From Eledone cirrhosa (Eukaryota): 64,000 bases of DNA. The first letter of the stretch is position 1, and every line of letters begins with the position of its first letter. Positions 15,316 to 28,941 of this stretch are shown here, piece by piece. Position numbers and translations under genes: made by a program. A model generated the notes under the pieces. The model searched no databases, had not been told where the DNA came from, and saw nothing but the letters and a program-made list of their open reading frames with translations. The stretch is taken from positions 116,064,001 to 116,128,000 of the forward strand of contig OZ024745.1 in NCBI GenBank assembly GCA_964016885.1. The letters are read 5' to 3'.

Positions 15316-17208
15316 TCGTATGGGATAGACATCCAAATAAATCTCAGTACTTGTTTGTTATTTATCTTGTGAAATCTGAATTAGAAAATATTTGACGTCG
15401 GGATATAAAATGACATAGCTACACACATGCTATTATAGAAGATAAATTTTGAAACGAACGAGAGTTACGGCATTATCCTTTGACCTTCTAGAAAAAACCA
15501 TAGTTATGTCACCGTCGAATCATATACAACAGTTTTGATAAAGGAAGAAATTATACAGTGTATTCTAAACCAAATATTAAAATATATTTGCTCTATCACG
15601 CTTAATCTGTGACGAAACAACAAGAAAAAAAGCAACAGAAAATCTCTCAAGATTACATATTCTATCATAACACATACAACTTTTACTTGCAATTAGAATT
15701 AATGACTTAAACAAAAACATATCAAATTATAAAGAAGAAATACCAAACAAGTCAATTAATGAAAGAGTTAATAAGCAAGTATAATATAGCTGGGGCGTGC
15801 GTTCTGCACGATAAATGCAAATACTGTAGGTTCTTATATATATGCAATATAGTAAGTTAAAAGAACACGATCAAACGGTAGTACCTGAGCAAGTATTATC
15901 TTTCAAACGTATCTCTTTAGAAATGTTTCTATATTTTAAAAATACAATTAAGGCAAATCATTTTAGTAAGATCAGAAGATTGAAGTATGTGATGGAAACA
16001 GACAATGCAAACTGAAATTAATTTATTGAAAAGGAAGAATATGTTTTAGTATGTTCAGCTTTCCAGAGACATGGATATTATATTTGTCAAGACAACGACA
16101 GAACAATATATAGAGATAGAGAGTGGATGCTGATTATTTATTCCAACAATATAGCTGAAGAAGTCCGTAATATGCACATTTGTTTCCGTAATATACCACA
16201 CAAAATATATCTGCCGTAGTCTGCATTGTCTATATTCTCCAAAAATGGCATTGAGTTGATTTTATTGAAATTATTCCCTTGTTTGTTTTTGATTTTTGTT
16301 TTTTTATACATTTGATAGACGACTAGAGTAGGATTTCGTCTAATAATTACTTGGATAAACTCATCTGATAGATTATTTTAAATTCACTCTATCATATATG
16401 TGTCACCTGTTATATATTATCTTCCAAATATCCATCAAATTCATAACATGTTAAATTAAAAGTAGAAAATTATCTATTGAATAATGTAGTTCTGTATTTA
16501 TTGAGATTTAAGATGAAATGAGACGACAATGACTGGATAGAATTTGGTGATAGGTCTGCTCAAAAAGGCTTAACCCGAGACTAACTTATGGCTAAACTGG
16601 GGCTAGATTGTGTAGTGACGAAAATACCAATATGATTAATAGGCCTAAGTGGTGAGAATGTTATCTTGAAGCTATTCCATTCCTCCTATACAAAACACAC
16701 ATAGGGTCAGAGGCGAACATCACTAAATGAAATTACCTTTCAAATAAATTATGAGCTGATTTAAAAAATGCTTTTTATCTTTTGGGTTTAAAATTATAAC
16801 TAACACTACATTTAATCCACTATCATTCTCTTTATATCACTTAACCCGTCAAAAGAGATCAATATTATCAAGGAAAGTACTGTGAAGTAATAATGATGGT
16901 GATAACGATGATAAGAGATATTGAGGATAATATATTACGATGACAGTGGTCAAGATAATGCTGATGACAATGATGGCGGTTGAGACAATAATAATGATGG
17001 TAGCGATGGTGATGATGATGAGTATGATGATGCCCTTGCTGCCGGTTCTGATGCTGATGATGACGACGACAACAGCGATAGACTACATAGCAACATAGCA
17101 GCAAATAAAATTGTATTAATGGAATTAAATGAAAAGGAGGCCAGTTCTTTTATATATATTGTTATCTTTGGGGAGGAGCATATTGTTATAATATTGCCAG
17201 AAATAATA

Positions 17209-17242
<34 letters not shown>

Positions 17243-17244
17243 TC

Positions 17245-17453
17245 TAGTCTAAGGCGGGTAAAATTCCCGAGATCCATGGACGAGTTCTCTCCAGCGGTCT
17301 CTGTCCCTCATTATCGCTGCCATGTCCTGCGTCTCCAAAAGACCAGTGTCAGTCCTTAGGGCATCAACATACGTTAACCTTGGTCTTCCTCTTCTCGTGT
17401 GTCCATGTAGGGGCTCCCAAAGGAGCACTGAGTGCAATGTCAACTCTGGATGT
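17245..17453 (-). mobile_element. RTE-clade LINE 3' fragment
   Basis: Translates VLLWEPLHGHTRRGRPRLTYVDALRTDTGL...MRDRDRWRELV, a typical RTE C-terminus. A homologous copy lies at 52086-52408. Confidence 0.85.
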
Positions 17454-17463
17454 TATATATATA

Positions 17464-17698
17464 TAACGAAGGAAATGTGGTACGGAACCAGATGGACCAT
17501 AACGCACCAAAGTACTCAATACTTAGGGTAGTAGAGTGGGTAATAGGAATGAGTAAGACCCCGACGGCTGAGCTCAAACCGTTAGCCGTCGAAACGGCTT
17601 GAGCTCAGTCGTCGGGGTCCTACTCGTTCCTATATATGTGTGTGTGTGTTATTATTTCTGGCAATATTATAACAATATGTTCCTTCCCAAATATAACA

Positions 17699-17754
<56 letters not shown>

Positions 17755-17834
17755 CCACTCTACTACCCTAAGTATAGAGTACTTTGGTGCGTTATGGTCC
17801 ATCTGGTTCCTTTCCTTACAACAATTCCTTCGTT
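17464..17834. mobile_element. Family D fold-back unit, plus arm interrupted
   Basis: Minus copy 17464-17582, plus copy 17583-17632 resuming at 17753-17834. Confidence 0.7.
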
Positions 17835-18314
17835 ATATATATATACATATATATATATATATACATATATATACAGAAGCGAGTTGTCACTGAAGTGGAA
17901 GGTGTAGCGGTTAAACAATATTGAATATTTTTGACCAGATACAATACCTTCTCACTTCAATTGGTCAAGACACATCAATGGCTATTAATAGATATATCAC
18001 GAGCGTTAAAATTCTCGATTTGAATCTGCAGACTTTCCCAGACTGACGCATTGATCTGTCATAAATAACATGAGAATCAACATTGCTGCTATTTATAACA
18101 TTTTTATTGGACGGGAAGCTAAATGTTGTCTTAAAAGAACTGGTCTCCTTTTCATTCAATGCCATTAATACAACTATATTTGCTGCTATGCTGCTATGTA
18201 GTCTATCGCTGTTGTCGTCATCATCATCATGAGCAGAAGCAGCGTATATATATATATATATATATATATAAATATACACACACACACACGCATATATATA
18301 TAAAAATAACAGAT

Positions 18315-18406
<92 letters not shown>

Positions 18407-18529
18407 GCTGCTTCTGGTCCGAGGAACCTGCGAGACTAGAGTCTGGATCGCACTTCGAGCTGTTCGCCGGGGAAACAATTGTAACACTCAATAAATTGAG
18501 TTTCGATGCATCACTGATTTTTCGTTTTC

Positions 18530-18580
<51 letters not shown>

Positions 18581-18901
18581 TATATATATAGACACATATA
18601 TATATAAATATATATAAATATATATTGAAAGCCACTTCAACTCCCCTGAACTCCAAGACCCAGATCTTCAGATGTTGTCCTCACCTGAAATCACATCTGA
18701 TCTGTAACTGGATTGACATTCCTACGATGACTCAACCACCTTGAACTTCTGCTCTGCTCTCTACGCCTTACATCCACTACGATTTTTATTACTCTCTGAA
18801 CTCACTTTATGTACCCTTATATTCTTTTTCTCCCTTATCTCCCCTTCTATTTAAACTTTTTCCTATGTTATTTATTTTCCTTATTCCCCCCTACTTTCTA
18901 C

Positions 18902-19093
18902 CTTACAATTGTTTCATCCAAACCAAGGCTTGACATCTTCGGAGCATTTTTCAATGCTTGTACATATAATTGACCTCTATCCAACGCAAGACACATACAG
19001 ATACATATATATATATTGATGTACAGTGGAGTGACATATATTATACTATACTATATTTGTACAGCAATTCAAATTTAAAATCAAAATTAAAAT
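18902..19093 (-). repeat. Family E unit (left arm of an inverted pair) with CCGAAGA hammerhead-like motif
   Basis: Reverse complement of 20764-20960. Minus strand reads TGCT-CCGAAGA-t gtcaagcc tt ggtttgga t-GAAAC AATT GTA. Confidence 0.75.
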
Positions 19094-19920
19094 CATAGAT
19101 CATATACACTTCAATGGGAAGTGATAGGTGAGGCGGCATGGTACAAACCACCTAATAAAATCTGTAACCTCTGTCTACTACAGACCCATACTATAATCTT
19201 TTCGAACCTTAACCTCCTTAATAAAAAATCGGAAGTGTTTGTGTCGTGCCACCACCGCTTCCGACACTCCTTCCAAAGCTTTAAACCCAATATATAACAA
19301 TGTCAAACTTGAACCCATCACCGCTTATAAGACCACACCTCAAGGACATGCCTTACACCACTACACCACACTCTCTGATCCACCCTTTCCTCGACACAAA
19401 TCATTCTATCTATCTATAAATTTATACCCTAGAAATATCCCCATAAACACAAACTTTTAATATAATTACTTTTAATTACTTATAATTATATTGGGATTGA
19501 AATATAATACAGTCTATATAAACTTTAAATACTAGATACGGCAGCGAATTATATATGCATCTGTAATTAAATGTATAGAGTAATAACATCAGATATATAT
19601 ATAGGATTAATTTATTAACATAAGGGATCTGTCTAATTTATATGTAGGGTGGTGCAATGAATTATATATGAATTACATATGCATTTATAACTTGATGGAT
19701 AGATTGATGACATTGTAAACGAGGGATGTATTTGTCTGCCCAAGAGATGTATTTGATTTTATCATGCAAACAGCCGTACGCTGCTCCATAGCTTACCAAG
19801 GGTTATGTAGACAACATTCTAATGGGTCCTTTGATATGTTTTGAGAGTAGACTGTATTTACAGTGAATTTTGATATAAAGATATAGCACTTTGTGTGGTA
19901 AATTCAATTATAGCGGTAAA

Positions 19921-20107
19921 TAATTGTTTCTACTTTTTGGCACAAGGCCAGCAATTGTCTCAGTACATTACTGGTACTTTATTTTATCGACCCCGTAAGG
20001 ATGAAAGGCAAAGTTAACTTCAGCGGGAATTGAACTCAGATCGTAGAGGGACGTAACTATGCTGGAAAGCATAATCCAACCCTCTACCGATACTGCCAAT
20101 TCACCGC
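19921..20107 (-). mobile_element. Family A SINE
   Basis: A and B boxes present. TSD GCGGTAAATAAT at 19913-19924 and 20106-20117. Confidence 0.92.
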
Positions 20108-20763
20108 GGTAAATAATAAGGAGTAATCAACTTCCTATAGATACCTTTAATAGATTATGATAGAGTAGACTGTATTTAAAGTCAAATATAAATATATAAC
20201 ATTTTATATAAGGGACTCAGTTGAGGCACCATATAATGTATGTTAGAACAATGAATTTAGTTATGAGTTACCTCCTCTTACGCATTAAGTCCCCTTAATT
20301 ACACACCTACTTCCGGATAATAAACCACTGTAAATTCTCGCAGCAGAAAGAACCTATTCTATAAATATGGATTACACTGAGCCTCAATACGTTACAATCA
20401 TTAACTACATAAAACATTCAATACGAATTCATCGTAACATATGTGATGGATGTGAAAACTATAACTTCCTTTTTCTGAATGTGAAAATGGTGGTGGATGT
20501 GAAAACTATAACTTTCTTTTCCTTTTTCTTTTTCTGCACACATACTTTTTTGATCTATACAAAAAATACCCTCCCACTACAACAACCATAATACTCTTGC
20601 TTACCCGCTTAAAGTGCTTGCATTACATGTAACACCTTGCCACACAATACTCGTATATAAATGAGACACACTTGCATGCTCCATGTATGACTAACGCATA
20701 CACTATCTACTAGATCTGATTATCGAACTATCCTCTTGCATAATCTGTGTTATCTGCCGCATG

Positions 20764-20960
20764 TATTTTAATTTTGATTTTAAATTTGAATTGCTGTACA
20801 AATATAGTATAGAATAATATATGTCACTCCACTGTACATCAATATATATATATATATGTATCTGTATGTCTCTTGCGTTGGATAGGAGGCAAATTATATG
20901 TACAAGCATAGAAAAATGCTCCGAAGATTCCAAGCATAGGTTTGGATGAAACAATTGTAA
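20764..20960 (+). repeat. Family E unit (right arm) with CCGAAGA hammerhead-like motif
   Basis: TGCT-CCGAAGA-t tccaagc ata ggtttgga t-GAAAC AATT GTA at 20917-20959. Stem I pairs poorly in this copy. Confidence 0.75.
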
Positions 20961-21519
20961 TGAATATAATGTATTGCTCCTTTATTGTAAGAGTTGATCC
21001 TTAATCCTGCATAAGCGGCTGTCATTTCTAGCACCGTGAATGTGGGATAGCTAGTTTTGGCCTGCCTACCCACGTGTAGTCAGTCCTGCAAAATTTTTGA
21101 TGTGAGATAGACTAATCTTACTGGATTCCTGTTGATAAGCACAGAAGATTTGGGCATTTCACTCTTTTATTTCTATTCCATTTCGATTCTCTTTATTTTT
21201 CAATTCACATTCCACCGTTGCGAAACTTATTTGGGTTTCGAGGTTCAAATTCGTCTACAGAACAGGTTTGAATTTTGAAATTTAAATATGTCCAGGAATC
21301 ATGGCCGTTGCCAATATAATATTGTCTTTGTTGACTTATATCGAGACAGACAAATTGTATTCACTTTTATTAGTTTATTTCATTAATAGCTAACTTTGTC
21401 TGTTGCAATGTAAACACATTTCGTGTTTATCGTACACTTTAAATGTGTTAACTGCTCGGAAGAGCCCCTTCCTGGAGCTTAATTATTGTAAACGACTGAG
21501 AGTTTATTCTCAAAATATA

Positions 21520-21596
<77 letters not shown>

Positions 21597-21928
21597 ATGT
21601 GTGTGTGTATATATATCTATATATTTATATGTATGTATGTGTAAATGTGTTTCTTTATTTATGTGTGTGCTTTCCTGTATCGCTGTCAACTTTATAATAA
21701 TTTTTATTTTGTTAAGGCGTATATTTTTTATTTTTATGTGACGGCATATTGCATTATATGGGTATTCATTGTTTTTTTTAAATTTTTTCTTATAATTAAT
21801 TGTGTGCGTGCGTATGTAGGTGTGTGTACATATATCTATATATGTGTGTGGGTATGTATGCGTGTATATATGTGTGTATGTATGTGTGTGTATGTACGTG
21901 TGTATATATGTATGATTATGTGTGTGTG

Positions 21929-21959
<31 letters not shown>

Positions 21960-21989
21960 TTGTGTATTTATGTGTATTTGTATGTATGG

Positions 21990-22023
<34 letters not shown>

Positions 22024-22034
22024 ATATATGTGTG

Positions 22035-22097
<63 letters not shown>

Positions 22098-22257
22098 CTA
22101 TGTATATGTGTGTGTGCGTGTGTGTGTGTGTGTGCATGTGTGTTTACCTACTTTTATATTTATTCTTTTTCCTTTCCTTTTTCCTTTTCCAGCCTCACTT
22201 TCATATAGATTATATATATGTTTTTAAAATCCACTGTCAATAAACACACCAGGATTT

Positions 22258-22316
22258 TTTCATTCTGATGACTGAAAGCAAATTTGTTTGCTTTCAAGAA
22301 CCACTTGTAAATGAAA
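22258..22316 (+). ncRNA. Degenerate type I hammerhead motif (family H)
   Basis: TTTCATT-CTGATGA-c TGAAAGCAAA tttg TTTGCTTTCA a-GAAC-C actt G-TA-AATGAAA. 7-bp stem I and 10-bp stem II, but A15 is mutated. Confidence 0.6.
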
Positions 22317-22346
22317 TAATTTTCTTATGTTGTTTATTACATAACT

Positions 22347-22427
<81 letters not shown>

Positions 22428-22950
22428 AACATCATGATTATAAATATAAACTGTATGGTTACAATGTGTGGTTACAATACTATTCATTAAAAAGACGTAG
22501 GAGAAATATAGGAAACAGAAAACGCGGAAGAGAGAAGCGCGTGATCAAATCCCGCTCATCATCTGTCCTTCTGATGCTAATTAAAGTTTCGGACGCTTTA
22601 TATGACCGGCTCCTCAACACCGTTGCATTAATACAAGTCATCGAGTTATACTTGAATAGCTATTCAGGATGAAATCACAAGGGACGTTGGACAAAATGAA
22701 ATCAGGAAAAAACATAAAAAAGACATATCTACATAACTATATGGGACTGGAAATTTGCTACACTCGAAAGCTCCAAAAATAAGGGCTAGGTAACCATAAT
22801 AAAAATGAAGAAATGAATTAAATTAAAAAAAGTTGGTGTAATAGCCGTAGAACTAATATGAATATGAGAGATACGTGGCTAAAATAACTGACCAGGTCGG
22901 CAGTGAAAGCACAAAAGACTGAGACAAAGTCTTGCAAGTCTTGCAAAGAT

Positions 22951-23010
22951 TGCTGACGATAGCTAATAAGCTTGAAACTAATACATGGTTCCTGTGTCAG
23001 TGTTGAACAA
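22951..23010 (+). repeat. Family G hammerhead-like unit (stem III mutated)
   Basis: TG-CTGACGA-tAGCTaataAGCTt-GAAACTAATA-CA. Inverted homologue of 27424-27486. Confidence 0.65.
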
Positions 23011-23014
23011 AAAT

Positions 23015-23074
23015 TTTAGTACAGAATTAGCCGTCGAAACGGCTTGAACTCAGCCGTCGGGGTCCTACTCGTTC

Positions 23075-23077
<3 letters not shown>
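23015..23077 (+). mobile_element. Family D fragment
   Basis: gtacagaattagccgtcGAAACggcttgaactcagccGTCggggtcc. Confidence 0.7.
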
Positions 23078-23108
<31 letters not shown>

Positions 23109-23682
23109 GTATATATATATATATATATATATAGCAGAAGCAGCTGAAGGGAACTACCGATAATCGTCTCTGTTTGATAGCCGTTATCGAAGCAGTGCTC
23201 CATTACTCGGCTCTCCGCTAGAATTCAATATAGGCGAAAATATATAATTTAACGTCTATGTACATTGGCTGATTAGCCTCATTTGCATATTGAGCTGTCT
23301 GCAGGCCCGGCCTGATAATAGAATTAAAATGTTCCCTCCGTCATAGCGGTATACATATAAGTATGTGTATTTTGTATATCTGATGATATACATTTGAAAG
23401 CCTTTAGCTATGAATTTCGGAAACTGCCATCTAGCGAATTCCAGCAGAAGCAGGAGAGAATAATTTTATTTTCAGGAAGAGCCGGTCGACAGCTCCATAT
23501 GCAAATAAGTGTAATCATCCCATGTACATAGGCGTCAAAACTATATATTTTCGCGTATATGGAATTCCATTAGAGAGCAGGTTAGGATGTGAACTGCCTT
23601 GATAACAGCCACCAGCCAAAAACTATAGTCGGACTTTGTCCTCTCCTACTTCTGCTGGAATTCGCTAGATGTCTGTGTGTAA

Positions 23683-23786
<104 letters not shown>

Positions 23787-24868
23787 ATGTGTGCGTGGTG
23801 ATAAATTCCATTAGCAATAATATATTGGTATTGAAGAGAGTAAAATATATACCCCAGTAACATATAAATTGATATTTTTAAGTGATATCCAGTATTGTAT
23901 TCTAGACAAGGAAACGTTTTAAGGGGCATAACTAATTTCATACTGATATCCCTTGTTGATATTTCCGCTTGGATAAAACAGATTTTAAAGATGGAAGTCA
24001 CATAAAGTATGATGCGGTTAAGGTGGATTACTTGTAAGTGCTACATTGTAATGTGTATGGAGAATTATTATGTTGAGATTGTAGTAAATTCCTAGTAGGG
24101 CTTTACTTCATAAATGATATTGTGTTAAAATGATAAGGGAAATGAAGAGCGTGATACTTACTGATAGATAGTTACGTAGAGCTTCATTCAATCACGTGAG
24201 TTAACCACTTCCTGCTGGAATGGCTAAATACCTATTAACTCAAGGAAAACGCAACCTCTCTATATCTCTTTCCTCCGTTTCAACTCAAAATGAGACAACT
24301 TCTGAGAATGTAGTATGTGACAATTACAACGTTAATATCATTCGGTAGATTATGATATTCTCATTGGTACCGTTTGGCATTTAACCCAATAAAATTCCAT
24401 ATCTTTTACTATATAGAAATATATTTAAAAGTGCGACCTAAGCTAATCATTTCATTCCAAGAAGAAATACTAATATGCGATGTGTGATGCTACTCAATAA
24501 TTCCAAACCTATAATGCAATATTGGAATCTCTGCATAAGTACATGTTGCTCTCATTGCAATAGGGGGTTGTGATTTATAGATGCGAAATATTTACGATGT
24601 GTTATCATTAAAGTGCTATATACTTAAATATATTTCACTCTACCATTTAGTTTCTTTACCCTATTACACACACACTACGCGAAGCACACGCACCATGCCA
24701 CACACCCACACTTACACAAAAGCATGTATATATACAAACACATATAAAAACACATTCATTCATACATACATGCATATATATATATATGTGTGTGTGTGTG
24801 TAAAGGGGTTAACCGAACAAGGATGTGCGGACCACGTAAGGGTCTGTCGGTAGTGAAGTATATATATA

Positions 24869-25020
<152 letters not shown>

Positions 25021-25479
25021 AGCTGCAGCAACAGGGTTTACTGTCTATTTAGTCCAACTGTCGTTAAATGAACCCAGACGTGTCAGGTCACCATTTCGTT
25101 CTCATATACTCCGATTTAGGATTGGTTCTCTCCGGCTGAATGCCTAACACCAACCACTTCAGAGCGGGTGCTGGCTGTTTTTGTGTAGTATCAGTACAAA
25201 ATTGTGACAACCAAGGTGGTGATGGGAGATGTGAGTGGAGAAGTCTAAAGTTGAGTACTTAGATTGTGTGGGAGTTTGTGGGAAGGAAATGTGGAGTCAT
25301 AAGTTTCGTCTTGTTTCCCTACTTTCGTATACTCCATGCTTATTTCATTGGGGACACCTGAGAAGTCTTGTACTCCGTAGTAAGATATTTCGCCAGTCAA
25401 GGAAATCCTGCAGCATTTCCTTTGTGTGGTTTTACATAAAAATAATATATCTTAATACAGCACTCAATATTTCAAGTAG

Positions 25480-26760
25480 CTGTTAATATATTGATGAAGG
25501 ATTCTGTTCTCGGAAATTCAGAACTTGGCACGTGATTTCGTAGACTATTCATCTTCTGTTCCATTTTTGTTGTAGGGGTCACTCCTCCTTTTTCATATAT
25601 TAGCATCCTGGACTGTCCTCTTGTGTTCTTTTTTCAATTATTTTTTACTTCATCGATGGGCAGCAAAAGTAGCTAACTTTCACCGTCTCTTTGTTAAATA
25701 TCTTATTATACCTATGTCCAGGTGGTAATTACTTATCTATTAGTTGTAAAAAAATTCCTCTGATAGTCTTCACCCTTCACTGCTAGAGAGTAGGGTGGTA
25801 TAAACGAGATGATCTTTCTATTCCTATTCTCACTTTTAATTTGGTTGCTAGTCTTTGGTACATATGTAATCCTATCCTTGAAATCACTATCACTAACAAC
25901 ATTATTATAGTATGGGGCAGTCTAGTCAAATACCTCTTTCGGGGAAATTAAATTTGAGATCCATTGACTAATGTTGGGGACAAGGGTTTTTAACACTACT
26001 TGTGGCTGGCAGGAACCTTTATTACTATATCTTAATTTTTCATTGGTAGGGTCTATAGGTACTTGTGACCAAATCTAAATTAATGTCTCAGAAATTCGCA
26101 TTACTTAGGTTAGTGCCTACGGTTATATTGAACCCTAAGTTCTTGAAATATTTTATTACATGTTTATGAAACTTATCTAGGGAATGGCCATTGTTGTTGT
26201 GGGAGACATCCAGAACATCGTGGGGATATAGGCCAATGGTGTGGTCTGGGAATTGCTCCTTCAATGTCTAAAGGATAAATAATTGTTTCTACTTTTGGCA
26301 CAAGGCCAGCAATTACCCAATACATTACTGGTACTTTATTTTATCGACCCCGTAAGGATGAAAGGCAAAGTTAACCTCGGCGGGATTTGAACTCAGACCG
26401 TAAAGGGACGTAACTATGCTGGAAAGCATAGCGTCCGACTCTCTACTGATACTGCCAATCCACCGATAAATAATCCAACCCAATCACAAACATCTTCTCT
26501 GTGATACGACCACACTGAGATGACAAATGGTTCTTCTGTTTTTGATTCTTTCAATCCAGGTGGAGTCGATCATAAATGTTAGTGTCTTTCTGGCGTGCAT
26601 AATTAGATCTATTTCGGAGACAATAATCTACCTGAAGCTGTGGGTATAGTCTAAAGTTCTATCTAACAGTGAACCGGTAATAAAAGGGTTAAAAAGCCAT
26701 GATCTCAAATTATGTAAACCTAGCTTTATTTTATGAACGATATTGTTCAAACAAGACGCA
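25480..26760 (-). pseudogene. Decayed Penelope-like element reverse transcriptase/thumb region
   Basis: Manual minus-strand translation with stops and shifts: EIDLIMHARKTL, SYHREDVCDWVGLFI, GLYPHDVL (GLYRDDGL-like), KYFKNLGFNITVGTNLSNANF*DINLDL, TAPYYNNVV, RKIISFIPPYS, YNKIFNKETVKVSY. Split by the SINE at 26281. Confidence 0.8.
26281..26465 (-). mobile_element. Family A SINE inserted in the PLE remnant
   Basis: A and B boxes present. TSD GATAAATAAT at 26274-26283 and 26465-26474. Confidence 0.93.
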
Positions 26761-27172
26761 TTAATCAACAGTAATATGTTAGCCTCACTATGTTTACGTT
26801 TATTTATGTCTGCTTTCTTCTTACTGGTAAATCCTCAGTTCTAAAGTGGTTTATCATTCTACTCCTAGGCCTATAAAAGTGTTTCTGATGAGCATTCAAA
26901 TATATCTATCCATATATTTAAACACAAGAGAGAGAAAATGTACAACGTCGAGACGGAAATAATTGTTCGTTGTCTTTGTTATTTTATTGTTCATTGCAAT
27001 CTGTTCATGTTTATATCTGGATACTTTATGGTTTTGAATTATTAACCCAATTATTAACACAAGTTATTAACACAAGTGTTCCATCTTTCATACTTTATAT
27101 ACATTGAGACACACACATACATACGCATACACACACGCACGCACACATACATACATTCATACATACACAGGC

Positions 27173-27239
<67 letters not shown>

Positions 27240-27449
27240 TATAAGTATATATACATACATACATATATGTATACAGACGTACAGTAGTATGTATATATAT
27301 ACATACATGCACACATATATATATGTACGTATGGATTTACCGAACATTTATTATAATGCTCGGTGTGTTTGTAAACAAACATCCAGAATGAAGCCGTACA
27401 GTGCTTAGCAACCATCGTTGCCCTTCTGTTGAACACTGACAAAGTAACG

Positions 27450-27486
27450 ATGTACTAGTTTCAAGCTTATTAGCTATCGTCAGCAT
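27450..27486 (-). ncRNA. Ultra-minimal type I hammerhead motif (family G)
   Basis: ATG-CTGACGA-tAGCTaataAGCTt-GAAA-CTAG-TA-CAT. Stem III reduced to the palindrome ACTAGT. Confidence 0.65.
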
Positions 27487-27809
27487 ATATATAATCAATA
27501 TGACTAACAGAGGAAACATGTCTTGAAGAGATGGGTATAAAATGAAGCCCTTTAACGCGTATATGCAAATAATAAAGCCGTATCAATATGGTTGATGGGT
27601 AAAAAGTTATCATTGACTGAGGGTTATTTACAGTTTCAATTAGAGAGAACATTTGAAGGAGAATATTTATATATTTTGTCTCAAGAGGGACTCACAGCGA
27701 AATCACGAAACATATCTTTGCAGAGTTTACACGCACACATTCACCTATATATATTGACATATATACAAACATATGAAGAAAATTAAGTGATATATATATA
27801 TATATATGT

Positions 27810-27868
27810 ATTTAATATAGAAAAGCTTCTACAGGACTAGAACTGTTTCATTCGTGAGAAATCATCAT
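27810..27868 (-). mobile_element. Family C fragment truncated in the hammerhead core
   Basis: Minus strand TGATGA tttctcacgaat GAAACAG ttctagtc CTGTA GAAGC. C3 and the 5' strand of stem I are replaced by (TA)n. Confidence 0.75.
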
Positions 27869-27934
27869 ATATATATATATATATGTGTGTGTATGTATGT
27901 ATATATATATATGTATGTATATATATATATAACA

Positions 27935-28539
27935 GGTCACCAGTTGGTGCTACTGGTAACATGTATCCCAGTACAACCTTTCTCATGGTCGGGTCGTTGG
28001 CGACTAAACTGGCAACCCCACGAAGGTTTCTTGGTGAGGAGGGTGACTTTGGACATCCTGCAGGACTAAAAACAAAACTTGTCAAAGGGCAAAGGAGCTC
28101 TTAAGAGTCAATGGCCATCCAAAATCACCGGGAGAGATGACCCCTTAGCCTTTGTCAAGGCAGAATTCTAGGAGAAGGAAAACTCTGATATAACACCTGC
28201 AACTCTGATGGTATCCAATGATGTTGACTTGTTCTTCTTTTTGGTAAATATCATCTTGGTTAAGAGAGTGGGACTGGCTTTGTGCAGTGCCTTTGCTCAC
28301 TATAAAAGCTTCACAGCACAGGCATTGCTTTATATCTGGAGATCTCTCTGCACTTGTCGTCACATGGTACCATGGGCCCAGCACTATGTGTCAATAATTG
28401 TCACAAGTGTAGTGTTTGTACCAGAGTTTTCAAGTCGCTGGCTGGACTAAAAAGTCACACTCGTTCAGCGCATCGGTAGGAGTTCTCCTACATGGATATA
28501 AAGTAGTGGCTGTACTCGAAAACGAGTTGGCAGCCACCA

Positions 28540-28541
<2 letters not shown>
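27935..28541 (+). mobile_element. Internally deleted (bipartite) RTE-derived element
   Basis: RTE 5'UTR-like motif CTAGGAGAAGGAAAACTCTGA at about 28168-28188, joined to a C-terminal C2H2 finger CSVCTRVFKSLAGLKSHTRSAHR* (28408-28479) and a 3' hairpin CTCGAAAACGAG. Confidence 0.6.
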
Positions 28542-28608
<67 letters not shown>

Positions 28609-28794
28609 TTTTATTTGTGTGGATGCGTGGTGTGTATGTATGAGTAAACGTGTTTGCGCTAGTTTATTCGTATTGTATAAATAGTGTAAGATGTCCGGTT
28701 GTCTTCAAACATCAAATCCTAAATATTATGCACTGCTATGTATAATGTAGTGTGTTGATAAATATATATGGCGGCTGGAACACATAGTAGAGTA

Positions 28795-28941
<147 letters not shown>

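Noticed and set aside
27935-28030. HDV-like ribozyme in the RTE 5' part
   Set aside because: CCAGT/ACTGG pairing and a CTAA linker are suggestive, but I could not build P1 and P1.1 in the correct order.
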